Positions 23,511 through 36,175 of a stretch of 64,000 nt of DNA are shown one piece after another. The stretch is from Alphaproteobacteria bacterium. Its GTDB lineage: Bacteria; Pseudomonadota; Alphaproteobacteria; JAAXGF01. Position numbers and translations under genes: made by a program. Every line of letters starts with the position of its first letter. The stretch's first letter is position 1. The stretch lies in contig CAUVXB020000001.1 of NCBI GenBank assembly GCA_963555825.3, positions 1,056,001-1,120,000 of the forward strand, given 5' to 3'. A model generated the notes under the pieces. The model searched no databases. It was not told the DNA's origin and worked only from the letters and a program-made list of their open reading frames with translations.

Positions 23511-25328
23511 ATGGAAGCGGTGATCTTCACGCCTCACATGGCGCTCGCTTACGGTGTCATCCTCGTCGCTCTCGTGCTCTATATGCGCGAGCGGGTGCCG
23601 ATGGAGCTGACGTCGCTCGGTATCGTCGCGGCGTTCATGATCCTCTTCCATCTGTTCCCGGTGGTGGGCAGCGACGGCGCCAACCGGCTCGACGCGACGC
23701 GCCTGCTCGAGGGCTTCGCCAACCCGGCGCTGGTCGCCGTCCTGTCGTTGCTGATCATCGGCGAAGGTCTCGTGCGGACCGGCATTCTCGACCGCGCGTC
23801 GCAGATCATCTTTCGCGTCGGACGTCGCAGCCTCTTGTCGATCGGACTGGTGCTCATCGTCGTCGCGACGGTCAGCGGCTTTCTGAACAACATCCCGGTC
23901 GTCGTCATCTTCATCCCGATCATGCAGGCGCTCGCCGAGCGACTGCGCCAGCCGACCGGCGGCCTGATGATGCCGCTGAGCTTCGCCGCCATCCTCGGCG
24001 GCATGACGACGCTGATCGGCTCGAGCACCAACCTGTTGGTCTCCAGCGCCCTGGTCGAAGCCGGCGAGGCGCCCTTCGCCTTCTTCGACTTCACCGTGCC
24101 CGGCCTAGTCATGGCCAGCGTCGGACTGGTCTACGTGATGGGCATCGCGCCCCGCATCCTGCCCCATCGCGAAGGCCCCATCACACCGTCGGCCGAGGGC
24201 GCCGGCCGTCAGTTCATCGCGCAGATTACGGTATCTGAAAACTCGGCCCTGGTTGGCACCGGCCCGGTCGCCGGCATCTTCCCCAAAATGCCGGCGATGA
24301 CCCTGCGCATGATCCAGCGCGACGGCGAGATCATTCTGCCGCCCTTCGAGGACATCGTCATGCAGCCGGGCGACGCGATTGTCGTCGCCGCGACGCGCAA
24401 GACCCTGACCGAGGCACTGACCGGCGATCCGGGCCTGCTGGGCGCCGCCAACGAGGCGCGCCTGCCAGGCAACCAGACGCTCGCCGAGGCGATGGTGACG
24501 CCGTCGTCGCGGCTGATTGGCCAGACGCTCGGCGAGGCACATTTTCCGGACGCCCACCACTGCGCCGTGCTCGGCATCCGGCGCCGCTCGCGCATGATCC
24601 GCGCGCAGATCACCGACATCCACGTCGAGGCGGGCGACGTGCTGCTCGTCCTCGGCCGGAGTGCCGACGTGCGTATGTTGCGCAGCGACCCCGAAGTCTT
24701 GCTGATGGAATGGTCGGCGACCGACTTGCCGACGCCCTATTACGGCGTGCGCGCGATGCTCATCTTCCTGGGCGTCGTCGCCTGCGCCGCCAGCGGGCTG
24801 CTGCCGATCGCCGTCGCCGCGGTATGCGGCGCCGGCCTGATGGTGGCGACCGGCGTGCTGAGTATACGCGAGGCGACCCACGCGCTCGACCGCCAGATCA
24901 TCATGATGATCGGCACCGCGTTGGCGATGGGCGCCGCGTTGCAGGAGACCGGCGGCGCGGCGTTTCTGGCGCATATTTTGATCGAGGTCATGGGTGATGC
25001 TAGTCCCATGGCGGTGCTGTCGGCTTTCTTCCTGCTTGTCGCGCTCCTGTCGAACGTCATCAGCACCAAGGCCTGCGCCGTCCTGTTCACGCCGATCGCG
25101 GTCGATCTGGCGCGCAGCCTGGGTGTCGACCCCATCGCCTTCGCGGTCGCCGTGGTGTTCGCGGCCAACTGTTCCTTCGCCTCGCCGATCGGCTATCAGA
25201 CCAATCTTCTCGTGATGACGCCCGGCCAGTACCGCTTCACCGACTTCATCCGCGCCGGCACGCCGTTGATTTTTATCGTCTGGCTGGCGTTTTCGTTCTT
25301 CGCGCCGTGGTATTATGGGATATCTTGA
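23511..25328 (+). CDS. SLC13/DASS-type permease with TrkA-C domains
   Basis: LGGMTTLIGSSTNL, two RCK-C-like soluble segments, FASPIGYQTN. Confidence 0.9.
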   Translation: MEAVIFTPHMALAYGVILVALVLYMRERVPMELTSLGIVAAFMILFHLFPVVGSDGANRLDATRLLEGFANPALVAVLSLLIIGEGLVRTGILDRASQIIFRVGRRSLLSIGLVLIVVATVSGFLNNIPVVVIFIPIMQALAERLRQPTGGLMMPLSFAAILGGMTTLIGSSTNLLVSSALVEAGEAPFAFFDFTVPGLVMASVGLVYVMGIAPRILPHREGPITPSAEGAGRQFIAQITVSENSALVGTGPVAGIFPKMPAMTLRMIQRDGEIILPPFEDIVMQPGDAIVVAATRKTLTEALTGDPGLLGAANEARLPGNQTLAEAMVTPSSRLIGQTLGEAHFPDAHHCAVLGIRRRSRMIRAQITDIHVEAGDVLLVLGRSADVRMLRSDPEVLLMEWSATDLPTPYYGVRAMLIFLGVVACAASGLLPIAVAAVCGAGLMVATGVLSIREATHALDRQIIMMIGTALAMGAALQETGGAAFLAHILIEVMGDASPMAVLSAFFLLVALLSNVISTKACAVLFTPIAVDLARSLGVDPIAFAVAVVFAANCSFASPIGYQTNLLVMTPGQYRFTDFIRAGTPLIFIVWLAFSFFAPWYYGIS

Positions 25329-25362
25329 TGCTGCGACCGATTCTCAGATCACGCTCGATGTA

Positions 25363-26085
25363 ATGTCCAAGCCGATCGACCCCCCGCTCCAGTTCTTCTT
25401 CGGGACGCTCGCCCAGCCCTGCCCCTATCTGCCCGGCCGGATCGAGAGCAAGGTGGTCACCGAGCTCGCCGGCCCGGACGCCGTCGCACTCCACGACAAA
25501 CTGACGCGCGCCGGCTTCCGGCGCAGCCACACCCTGGCATACAAACCCGCCTGCCCGGGCTGTAACGCCTGCGTGCCGGTGCGCATCCCGGTCGCCGATT
25601 TCCGCTACACGCGCTCGTTCCGGCGTGTCGCGCAACGCAACGTCGGCCTGGTCGCACAAGAGCGTCGGCCGCACGCGACCGAAGAGCAATTCACGCTGTT
25701 CGCCCGTTACCAGGCCTCGCGCCACGGCAACGGCGGCATGGCCCTGATGAGCTTCGAGGATTACCGCTCGATGGTCGAGGACAGCACGGTCGATACGATG
25801 ATCGTCGAATTCCGCGACGCCGACGGCCGCCTCGCCGCGGCCGCGCTGACCGATCGGCTGAGCGACGGGTTGTCGGGCATCTACAAATTCTTCGACCCCG
25901 ACCAGGCGCGCGACAGCACCGGCACCTTCATCGTGCTGTGGCACGTCGAGCGGGCGCGCGAGCTCGGCCTGCCCTATGTCTATCTCGGCTATTGGATCGC
26001 CGACTGCCGCAAGATGGCGTACAAGACCCGCTTTCGCCCGATCGAGGCGCACGGCCCGGCGGGCTGGCAGACGATGGAGGATTAG
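25363..26085 (+). CDS. Arginyl-tRNA-protein transferase family (Ate/Bpt)
   Basis: PCPYLPG, GFRRS, CPGCNAC, YLGYWI, MAYK. Confidence 0.92.
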   Translation: MSKPIDPPLQFFFGTLAQPCPYLPGRIESKVVTELAGPDAVALHDKLTRAGFRRSHTLAYKPACPGCNACVPVRIPVADFRYTRSFRRVAQRNVGLVAQERRPHATEEQFTLFARYQASRHGNGGMALMSFEDYRSMVEDSTVDTMIVEFRDADGRLAAAALTDRLSDGLSGIYKFFDPDQARDSTGTFIVLWHVERARELGLPYVYLGYWIADCRKMAYKTRFRPIEAHGPAGWQTMED

Positions 26086-26639
26086 GTCGGCCGATAATCG
26101 TCGCGGTCGAGCACGTAGCGCACCTGCGCGACGCCATAGGCGTGGATGTCGGTGTCGAAGACGAAGCCTAGCCGTTCCATCAATGCCCTCGAGGCTTCGT
26201 TCTTCGGGTCGGTGATGGCGACCAGTCGCGCGCGGCCCCGATCGGCGAAGGCATAGTCGACGACCGGCGTCATGGCCTCCAACGCCACGCCGCGTCGCTG
26301 GAATGACGGGTGAACCGCCCAGGCAACTTCGAGCGCAACGCCGGTCGAAGTGTCGGCCTCGCCCTTCGACGGGTTGACGAACCCGCAATAGCCGACGAAA
26401 CGACCCTCGTCGCGCAGGACGATCGCCAGGAAGCCCGCGCCGTGGTCGCGCCAGCCAGCCTTGCTGTCGACAATCCGCTTCCTCGCCACCTCATGGGGGT
26501 CGTCGGGCATGCCGGGGATCGCCAGCACGTCCCACATGGCTTCCTTGCACGTGAAAATCTCAGCGACCGCGTCGACATCGCCGTCGTCGAGCGGCCTGAG
26601 CGTCAAGCGCTCGGTCTCGAGCGTCGGTGGCGCGCGCAT
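26082..26639 (-). CDS. RimJ/RimL-type GNAT acetyltransferase
   Basis: LETERLTLRP, EVAW..HP.FQRRG.A.EA, N.ASR.LMERLGF. Confidence 0.85.
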   Translation of the reverse strand: MRAPPTLETERLTLRPLDDGDVDAVAEIFTCKEAMWDVLAIPGMPDDPHEVARKRIVDSKAGWRDHGAGFLAIVLRDEGRFVGYCGFVNPSKGEADTSTGVALEVAWAVHPSFQRRGVALEAMTPVVDYAFADRGRARLVAITDPKNEASRALMERLGFVFDTDIHAYGVAQVRYVLDRDDYRPT

Positions 26640-26645
26640 CGTCGC

Positions 26646-28865
<2,220 letters not shown>

Positions 28866-28897
28866 GCCGTCGTCACGCAACCATGCAAGAATTCAAC

Positions 28898-29656
28898 TCA
28901 AGACGCCCCGTTCGCGACTATATCACCAGATGTTGTGGTCATGCGAGCGATACGATCAACAAATCGTTCGCGCGCCGGCGGCATCGCGCGACCGTCGGGG
29001 CCGAAGACATGGTCGTCGAGGAAGCGCCCGGCGAGCCGCAAGCCGGCCACCACCGCCGCGCCGTCGACCGCGCCCGCCCCGATCAGGAAGCCGGGCAACA
29101 CCAGCAACCGGTCGCGATAGGGCTCGCCGGCGGCACGGCTGACCGCCCGCCCCGTCTTGGGCGAAACATAGACCAGATCGTCGGTCCCGCCGGTCGCGGC
29201 GCAGCGCGCCAGATCGAGGCCGAAGCCCAACTCGCCGAGCAACCCGATCTCCCAGCGCACGTAATCGGTGGCCCAGCCGTCGGCGTCGACGATCGCCTCG
29301 ATCAGCGCGAATGTTGCATCGTAGAGCGCCGGATAGGGATGGCGTTCGGGCAGCGTCGCCTCGGCCACCGCGCAGGCCGACGCCAGGCCGGCCAGGCGCA
29401 GCGGATCATCGAGGATCCCCGCCGCATGCGAACGCACCAGCTCGCAGGTAAAGCTGCCGAGATGCTCGGCCAACCGGGCCCGCCACCGGGCGGCGACCAG
29501 ATTGCCCGCCTGATAGACGCCGCGCGCCCGCGACCCCGCGCCACCGCGCACCAGCCCGGCGTGCCGCCCGTGGCCGCGCGTAAAGAGCTGCACCACGGCG
29601 GACGCCTCGCCATGCTTCCGCGCCGCCAACACGATCCCGTCCTCGGTCCAGTCCAT
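28898..29656 (-). CDS. recO: DNA repair protein RecO
   Basis: MDWTEDGIVL..RKHGE, LGFGLDL..CAATG, YVSPKTGRAVS. Confidence 0.95.
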   Translation of the reverse strand: MDWTEDGIVLAARKHGEASAVVQLFTRGHGRHAGLVRGGAGSRARGVYQAGNLVAARWRARLAEHLGSFTCELVRSHAAGILDDPLRLAGLASACAVAEATLPERHPYPALYDATFALIEAIVDADGWATDYVRWEIGLLGELGFGLDLARCAATGGTDDLVYVSPKTGRAVSRAAGEPYRDRLLVLPGFLIGAGAVDGAAVVAGLRLAGRFLDDHVFGPDGRAMPPARERFVDRIARMTTTSGDIVANGAS

Positions 29657-29899
29657 GGGGGAGGTATAGCAAACGCAGACGAAGTACGGCGGATGAATTT
29701 GAGTGGTTATAGGGGTTCGTCGGAGACGCCGCGGTTATCGCCATCGGTAAGACGCGCCAGGTCTTCCTGCATTTTTCTGTAACGTCGCCCGTGCTCGCTC
29801 TCCGGGTAGCGCTCGGCATAGGGCCGCATGAGATGTATGGCCTCGTCCGTCGCCTCGATCGCCGATTCGGTTTCCCCTGCTTCTTCAAGCCTGTCCGAT

Positions 29900-30560
29900 A
29901 GAACCGAGAGGCTCAACGCCAGGTCCGGCTCGTAGCGCGCCGGACTCGCCGCCGCAAGGCGGCGAAAAATGTCCACCGCCTCGCGAACGGCCTCGAGCGC
30001 CGCCGGCGTGTCGCCGACTACGCTCATGTCAGCCGATAGGTTGTTGAGGCTCACCGCCAGGTTCGGCTCGTAGCGCGCCGGGCTCGCCGCTGCGAGGCGG
30101 CGATACAATTCCAATGTCTCACGAATGGCCTCCAGCGCCGCCGGCGCGTCGCCGACCGCGACCAAGCGGTTCGACAGGCTGTTCAGGCTCGACGCCAGGT
30201 CCTGCCCGTAGCGCGTCGGGCTCGCCTCCGCTAGACGGCGGCGTATCTCCACCGCCTCGCGAATCGCCTCCAGCGCCGCTGGCGCGTCGCCACCCTCGCT
30301 CAAGCGAATCGACAGGTTATTCAGGCTCGACGCCAGCTCCGGCTCGTAGCGCGCCGGGCTCGCCGCCGCTAGACGGCGAAATATCTCCACCGCCTCGCGA
30401 CTGGCCTCCAGCGCCGCCGGCGCATCGCCAACCGCGCTCAAACCATTCGACAGGTTGATCAGACTCCCCGCCAGGTCTGGCTCGTAGCGCGCCGGGCTCG
30501 CCGCCGCAAGACGGCGGCATATCTCCACCGCCTCGCGAATGGCCTCAAGTGCTCCCGCGT
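29900..30560 (-). repeat. About five tandem 138-bp (46-aa) TPR-like units
   Basis: cgtagcgcg anchor recurs at 29931, 30069, 30207, 30345, 30483. Confidence 0.92.
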
Positions 30561-31261
30561 TGTCTCCTACACTCGCACGAGCAACTGACAGATTGGTAAG
30601 CCGTGCGGATTTTTGAACGTCGTCGTCCACGACATCGGCCAGAGTTTTCCACACCGCGACATCCAGGGGCATTAGGCCCACCGGCAGAATTGCTTCACTG
30701 ACGAATGGGACAGCATGAAGACATCGAGCGGGATGTCCCTCAAATGCCGAGACGAGCCAGTTACTCAATCGATGCGCGTGTAGTCCAAGAACAATCTCGG
30801 TATCGTGAGTGAGCCGGCCTAACCGTTCGAGGCCCCCGGCGACATCGTCGCTAATCGCGGTCCAGAGCCAATCCGGCGCCCTTGCCGGAACGCGACCGAA
30901 CACCGTCACCACCAAAGCGGCAGCAAGGATATCTGGCGTGGGAGCAGGGAAGACATCGTTCTCTAATCGCCCGGAATTGCGCACAGCATCGACAACTTCG
31001 TTGGGTGGCGGCAAGCCTAGATCCAGCTCGGTCATTTGTGCGAGGTTCGTCAAATCCGCGCCACTCAAATCGCCTCGGATGGCCGCAAAGGAAGCTAGCC
31101 GCGGCAAAGCCTCGGAATTTAATCCAACCGCAACGCCCTCGTCCGCAAGGCGGGCGTGTTCGCGACCAACAAGCGCATCGATTACCTCCGGACCGCTCAA
31201 AGTGACTACGGAAACATCTGGGTGCAACACGCTGTGAATGGCGGCAGCCGCGATAAATAAA

Positions 31262-32902
31262 CCGACATTCCCCAGATGCCCTTCAAATTCATGGAAATCA
31301 TACCACCGTTCCACCACCAAGGGAACGGCATCCCTTCCGCAGCCATCCGATGGCTTGATTCTGGAGATTGGTCCTCGTCCGGAAGGCCATTACCCGGATT
31401 TTCCGCCATTCAGACAGACCCCTCCTGTCGTTTTCACCTGGCCATCGATTTTCCCGGCCTACACCGGAACGGGTCTTCGTCGTAGATCATCGATCAGACT
31501 CAGGATATTCCGGAACAGTTCCCTCGGCACCGCGACCTCGGCCAATTGGAACGTGACGTAGCGGCCATGGCTGACCACCTTGGCGCCGATCTTGACCAGC
31601 TTCTCCCGTAGCGTGGTCAGCGACCAGTGCTCGATCTCCTTCGGCAAGGCCAGCATCCGCATGAAGTTGGCGAGATTGTAGGCCAGGGCATGAAGCTGGA
31701 GCCGGACAGCATTGTCGCGGAACTTGCGGCACGACAATCGCGTCCATTTGATCGCGTTCTTGCCTTCCTTGATGTATTGCTCCGCCTTGCCCCGCTGATT
31801 GTAGAACCAAGTCACCCGCTCGGCGGAACGGGACAAGTTGGTGAGGATGAAGCCGACACGGGGAACCAGTTCACCGGGATGCCATTCAACCTTGGCCACG
31901 ACACGACGCTTTCTGTCCCAACTTCCAGCCCGGTAGCTGAAGCTGGCGTAATAGCGCCGCACATGGTTGGGCGGACGACCGACGGGGCGGGTCAGCAGGT
32001 GGGCAATGCTTTCCTGAAGAATTTGGTTCTTCGGCAACCGGATCGCGTAGAGAAAACCCTCACTTTCCAGGAACTCGTAGATGTCCGGTGCGGCAAAGGC
32101 GGCGTCCCCTCGGAAGTAGCGGCGCAGGTTCCGTTCCCGATAACGCTCAACGACCGGTTCCAGAACCTCACGCCAACCGTCGGCACTGTGGACATTGCCG
32201 GGGCGAAGGGAACACCGCTCCAGATCGCCGAACTGGTTGAACAGGAATAGTGGATGGTAGCAGGTGCAGCCGAAGTGACCATTGTACGCCGCTCCCTCTT
32301 GTTCGCCATGGGTCGGGCTGACGCTTGAGTCCATGTCGAGGATGATCATCTTCGGTGGGCGGCGGTCATGAACCTTGTCGATCCACGCCCCGTTCATCCC
32401 AGCCAGGACTTCGATGTTCGCATCGGTCGCCAGAAGCTCCGTCTCGAACCGCCCCATCTGGCTGGTGGACGCGGCCTGTCTGTCCACGGCCTTGCCACCA
32501 ACAATCCACCGCATGGCGGGATCACGTCCGAGACGGTCGGCGTCGTTTACGTCCTCATAACCACCAAGGCGACCAAACACCGACTGACGGAACTGCCCCG
32601 TCATGCCGTGCCATCCGTTCTTGCCGGTACGGCTGTCCTGAAAAATATCCCCGGCAACCTCGGTCAGGCCAAGGGCATCATCAAGCTCCCGATAGACCAG
32701 CAACCCGCCGTCGGAAGTGATCTGGGAGCCGTGAAATTCGAGCTTCAGGCGGCGGTCGAAATCGACCCGAAGGCCGTCCCGTTTCGATTCACCCATCGGG
32801 TGTGCCATGCAAACCACTCCATCAACGCCTCAACATATTGATTCTTATAGCAGAATCTCCATCTCAGGGCATCGAATATCGAGTTCACTTGGGAAATGGG
32901 GG
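31262..32902 (-). mobile_element. IS1380-family insertion sequence
   Basis: Ends CCGACATTCCCAG.../...TTGGGAAATGGGGG; 5-bp direct repeats ATAAA at 31257-31261 and 32903-32907. Confidence 0.9.
31459..32817 (-). CDS. IS1380-family transposase
   Basis: ITSDGGL, LDMDSS, HGEQEG, FRGDAAF, YNQRGKAEQYIKEGK. Confidence 0.93.
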   Translation of the reverse strand: MVCMAHPMGESKRDGLRVDFDRRLKLEFHGSQITSDGGLLVYRELDDALGLTEVAGDIFQDSRTGKNGWHGMTGQFRQSVFGRLGGYEDVNDADRLGRDPAMRWIVGGKAVDRQAASTSQMGRFETELLATDANIEVLAGMNGAWIDKVHDRRPPKMIILDMDSSVSPTHGEQEGAAYNGHFGCTCYHPLFLFNQFGDLERCSLRPGNVHSADGWREVLEPVVERYRERNLRRYFRGDAAFAAPDIYEFLESEGFLYAIRLPKNQILQESIAHLLTRPVGRPPNHVRRYYASFSYRAGSWDRKRRVVAKVEWHPGELVPRVGFILTNLSRSAERVTWFYNQRGKAEQYIKEGKNAIKWTRLSCRKFRDNAVRLQLHALAYNLANFMRMLALPKEIEHWSLTTLREKLVKIGAKVVSHGRYVTFQLAEVAVPRELFRNILSLIDDLRRRPVPV

Positions 32903-33089
32903 ATAAAGGGCGTTGATGGATGTCGGCGGTACCTAGCCATTCGTCGAAGGAGTCTTCGGTAATTACATTTGGTTTGATTTTCTTTTTATCTGCCAAGCGT
33001 TGCTGAGCGCTTTGGAATGCTTTATATGGCGCGTCTCCAGCCAAGAGTTGGAGCTCAACAGGCTCCCTGTCGAAGTAATACCAGTGAGC

Positions 33090-33301
33090 CTATGAAATCA
33101 CCTTCATGATCCATGGATAGGCGCAGAGGGTTCGCATACGATCCGGTTCTGCGATGAGGTCGATCCATGCTTGGCAACAGGCGTCGATGATGGCCTCGGT
33201 GTCGTCGAGGACGCGGAGCGATAGGAAGCGTTCGCGTAGGTAGAGCCAAACCCGCTCGACGGGGTTGAGTTCGGGACTGTAAGGCGGCAACAGCGCCAAG
33301 G
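33090..33301 (-). pseudogene. IS630 transposase C-terminal fragment
   Basis: LLPPYSPELNPVERVW motif; rejoins ..PDNVTL at 34639 when the IS3 is removed. Confidence 0.88.
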
Positions 33302-33363
33302 TGAGGTGGTCCCACTTTGTTGGACAGTTTGGCAGCGCGGTTAAGGTGTATTCCGTTGTTTGA

Positions 33364-34293
33364 TCATGCTGCCAAAATCCTTTTTATCACATCCTGTTGC
33401 TGTTGTTGAGCCTGTGGGGATGTGGGCAAGGCGCGAGCCTTGTCCATCATATCCACAGGTTGACCGGCCCCGTAGGCCTCGGCCGGCGTTTGACCGTCGA
33501 GGGACGAATGGGGCCGCTCGGTGTTGTAGAAGCCGATCCACTCGCCGATGACCCGTTCGGCGTGGAAGCCGTCGGTGAGCTCGTGTAGGTAGACCGCCTC
33601 ATACTTGAGAGACCGCCACAGGCGCTCGATGAAGATGTTGTCCATGCAGCGGCCCCGACCGTCCATGGAGATGCGGATGCTCGCGTTCTTGAGCACGCCG
33701 GTGAAGTCGAGGCTGGTGAACTGGCTGCCCTGATCCGTATTGAATATCTCCGGCTGGCCGTAGCGGGCCAGCGCGTCGCCCAAGGCCTCGGCGCAGAATC
33801 CAGCGTCCATGGTGTTCGACAGCCGCCAGGATAAAACGTGGCGCGTCGCCCAGTCCATGATCGCTACCAGGTACAGAAAGCCACGCTGGACGGGGATATA
33901 GGTGATGTCGGCGCACCAGACCCGATTGGGCTGGTCGATAGCCATCCCTTTGAGAAGATAAGGATAAATCCGGTGCATGGGATGCGGCACGCTGGTTCTC
34001 GGCGCCTGATAGATCGCCTCCAGGCCTATCAATCGCATCAACCTGCGAACCCGGTGACGGCCGACGCAAACGCCGTCCCGCCGCAACTGGCGGACCATCT
34101 GGCGGCTGCCGTAGAACGGGTACTTCATGAACAACTCGTCGATCCGACGCATCAGCGCCAGACTCGAAGGGCTCTCCCCCCTGGGCGCATAATAGAACGA
34201 GGACCGGCCGATCGAAAGCAGGCGGCATTGACGGCTCAAGCTCAGCTCGGGGGCGTCGCGTGTGATCATCGCCTTGCGCTCCCCCCGGCTCAT
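33364..34293 (-). CDS. IS3-family transposase OrfB
   Basis: WCADITY, FNTDQGSQF, DNIFIERLWRSLKYE. Confidence 0.93.
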   Translation of the reverse strand: MSRGERKAMITRDAPELSLSRQCRLLSIGRSSFYYAPRGESPSSLALMRRIDELFMKYPFYGSRQMVRQLRRDGVCVGRHRVRRLMRLIGLEAIYQAPRTSVPHPMHRIYPYLLKGMAIDQPNRVWCADITYIPVQRGFLYLVAIMDWATRHVLSWRLSNTMDAGFCAEALGDALARYGQPEIFNTDQGSQFTSLDFTGVLKNASIRISMDGRGRCMDNIFIERLWRSLKYEAVYLHELTDGFHAERVIGEWIGFYNTERPHSSLDGQTPAEAYGAGQPVDMMDKARALPTSPQAQQQQQDVIKRILAA

Positions 34294-34571
34294 CGCTTGA
34301 GCCCTCTGGCTAAAAAATCCCGTTCCACCGTCAGCTCGCCGATCTTGGCGTGAAGGTCGCGGACCTCGGATTCATGATCCCGGCAAGCGCGGTTGGCGCC
34401 GTTCGAAAACACTTCGCCCAGACCGTCCACCGCCTGGCGCTTCCAGGCGCTCACCTGGTTCGGATGCACCTTGTGCTTGGCCGCGATCTGCTGGATCGTC
34501 TTGTCGCCCCGCAGCGCTTCCAGCGCCACCCGGGCCTTGAATTCCGCCGTAAACCGGCGTCGATTCGTCAT
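34290..34571 (-). CDS. IS3-family transposase OrfA
   Basis: RRRFTAEFKARVALEA HTH; ATGA overlap with OrfB. Confidence 0.92.
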   Translation of the reverse strand: MTNRRRFTAEFKARVALEALRGDKTIQQIAAKHKVHPNQVSAWKRQAVDGLGEVFSNGANRACRDHESEVRDLHAKIGELTVERDFLARGLKR

Positions 34572-34638
34572 CTCGTATTCCTCCGTTATCCGGTGGAATA
34601 CACCTTAGCTCCCTGTCCGATTTTCTGGGACCACCTCA

Positions 34639-35010
34639 AGGTGACGTTGTCGGGGACGGTGAGGGCGCGCTCGTCGTGCCAACCGGCGCCGTCGCACATC
34701 ATGACGGCGTGCGCATCCTGGTCCAGGGTATCGGCGAAGTGTGCGAGAAACAGGTCCATGACCTTGGCGTTGACGCTCGGCATCACCAGGGTGACGTCGT
34801 CGCCGGTGTCCGGGCGCACGGCGGAGAAGATGTAGGCCCACTGGTAGCCGATTTGACGCGTCCCGGGGGCACGCTCGCCCCTGCGCCACCACCGGTGACA
34901 CACCCGGCCCTTGTTGCCGACGCGCGCTTCATCCTGAAACCACAGCTGTAGGCGCTTGTCGGGATGCGCCGCGGCGGTCGCCTTCAGGATGTCGCGAAGC
35001 CCCCTTTTTT
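34639..35010 (-). pseudogene. IS630 transposase DDE-domain fragment
   Basis: WFQDEARVG, MCDGAGWH; entered by a -1 shift at the AAAAAAGGGGG run near 35000-35010. Confidence 0.85.
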
Positions 35011-35496
35011 GAAGCGCTCCTGCGCTTCGGCGTCCCTTCGCGGGTGGCTCGGGCGCGCCTTCTGGCGGGAAAATCCCATCCGCCGTAGAACCCGGGTCAT
35101 GCTCGAGGGGTGGTAGGTCTTGGCGAAGCGCTCCTCCAGCCAGCGGCACAGATCGGCCCGGGTCCAGGCGCAAACCCCGTCGCGCTCAGGCTCCGGCCCG
35201 GCGATGATGACCGCCGCCAGCGCCGCTTCCTCGTCTGCCGTCAGCCGCCGCGGCGAGTAGCCCTTTGGACGGTCGTGAAGCCCCTCCAATCCCTTTGCAT
35301 TGTAACGAACAACCGCGTCGCGAAGCGTTTGGCGATCCATCCCCGCAAGCCGCGCGGCATCAGCCCGGGGCATCTCCTCCAAAGCATTCGCGATCCCATA
35401 GGCCCGCGCCGCCGCTCGACCGTACGATTCCACGCGAGCCCAGCGCCGAAGCTCCAAAGGCGTCAAATCATCCCGTATCTTGAGTGCTGATCCCAT
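34984..35496 (-). CDS. IS630 transposase N-terminal HTH ORF
   Basis: MDRQTLRDAVVRYN..GLEGL.D, WTRADL, LRRMGFSRQKARP; ends FKKGG at the slippery run. Confidence 0.85.
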   Translation of the reverse strand: MGSALKIRDDLTPLELRRWARVESYGRAAARAYGIANALEEMPRADAARLAGMDRQTLRDAVVRYNAKGLEGLHDRPKGYSPRRLTADEEAALAAVIIAGPEPERDGVCAWTRADLCRWLEERFAKTYHPSSMTRVLRRMGFSRQKARPSHPRRDAEAQERFKKGGFATS

Positions 35497-36066
35497 GACA
35501 TCCCCCACATCTGGTGGGAGACCATAGAATCACAATCCGCCATCATCCGCCATCAATGAATATCCCGAGAGTCAATTCAGGCGCTCACTGGTATAAGTTA
35601 TGGCCCCGTCGGCACGGGCGATTTCCTGTTCCCAAATATCCCAGCCCCGGCGACTTAGAAAAAGCAGCCGGATGCGATGTTTGGTCTCGACACGGCTGAG
35701 ATTCTCCAGAAGCGCTCGCACGCCTTCGCGCAGTTCCTCGGGGTAATCGATGAGAATGAGGGTTCCGGACTTATTCGCGAAATAGGCGCCGGGAGATCGT
35801 AGATTGACGAATCCGGCGGCCCACCCTTCCTTGCGAAGTTCATCGGCGATTTCGGCAGCCAGACGTGTCTTACCCACGCCGCCCTCGCCGGTGACAAATC
35901 GGGCGAGGACACCCGCTCCTTCTTGCTTCGCCCAGTCGATGACTTCCGTCTTGACGTCGTTGCGGCCTACAAAGTCGGAGAGTCGGGTCCGCCAGTTGAG
36001 CCATGCCAATTCGTGCTGGCTAGTGCGGACGGTGTCCCACCTCAGCGTAAGAGATTCCACAGTCTC

Positions 36067-36126
36067 CTGAGTGATATTGCCGTGCACATCTCCAAACACG
36101 ACCACACCGGAGATGTCGCGCGCTTT
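36067..36126 (-). repeat. Shared 20-aa motif, copy in NLR N-terminus (KARDISGVVVFGDVHGNITQ)
   Basis: 17/20 aa identical to the copy at 36302-36361. Confidence 0.9.
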
Positions 36127-36175
36127 GAGTTTCTTCAGCCACTCAAGTTTGTCGGGCGAGAGGAACCGCATCAGG

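Larger units (their letters stand above)
33302..34638 (-). mobile_element. IS3-family insertion sequence nested in the IS630
   Basis: TG...CA ends, IR TGAGGTGGTCCCA..GGACAG; 3-bp TSD AGG at 33299-33301 and 34639-34641. Confidence 0.92.
33079..35593 (-). mobile_element. IS630-family element (two-ORF type) carrying a nested IS3
   Basis: 11-bp IRs TACCAGTGAGC / GCTCACTGGTA; flanking TAA direct repeats 33076-33078 and 35594-35596. Confidence 0.88.
29707..36171 (-). pseudogene. NLR-like protein (N-terminal amyloid-like motif, STAND-type P-loop ATPase, TPR repeats) split by three IS; 766 aa when rejoined
   Basis: Segments 36171-35594, 33075-32903 and 31256-29707 total 2301 nt and join in frame after removing each IS plus one TSD (junctions GAITYFDREP and HQRPLFIAAAA); Walker A GEGGVGKT, Walker B LILIDYPE; C-terminal 46-aa TPR units. 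Confidence 0.85.

Noticed and set aside
29900-30560. Regular repeats as a CRISPR array
   Set aside because: Units are 138 bp, contiguous, in frame and protein-coding, with no unique spacers and no cas genes; the same applies to the 144-bp units at 57074-57528
31257-31320. ORF-track N-terminus MVVERWYDF.. of the 537-aa TPR ORF
   Set aside because: These codons lie in the IS1380 end and its target duplication; the true frame continues from 32903
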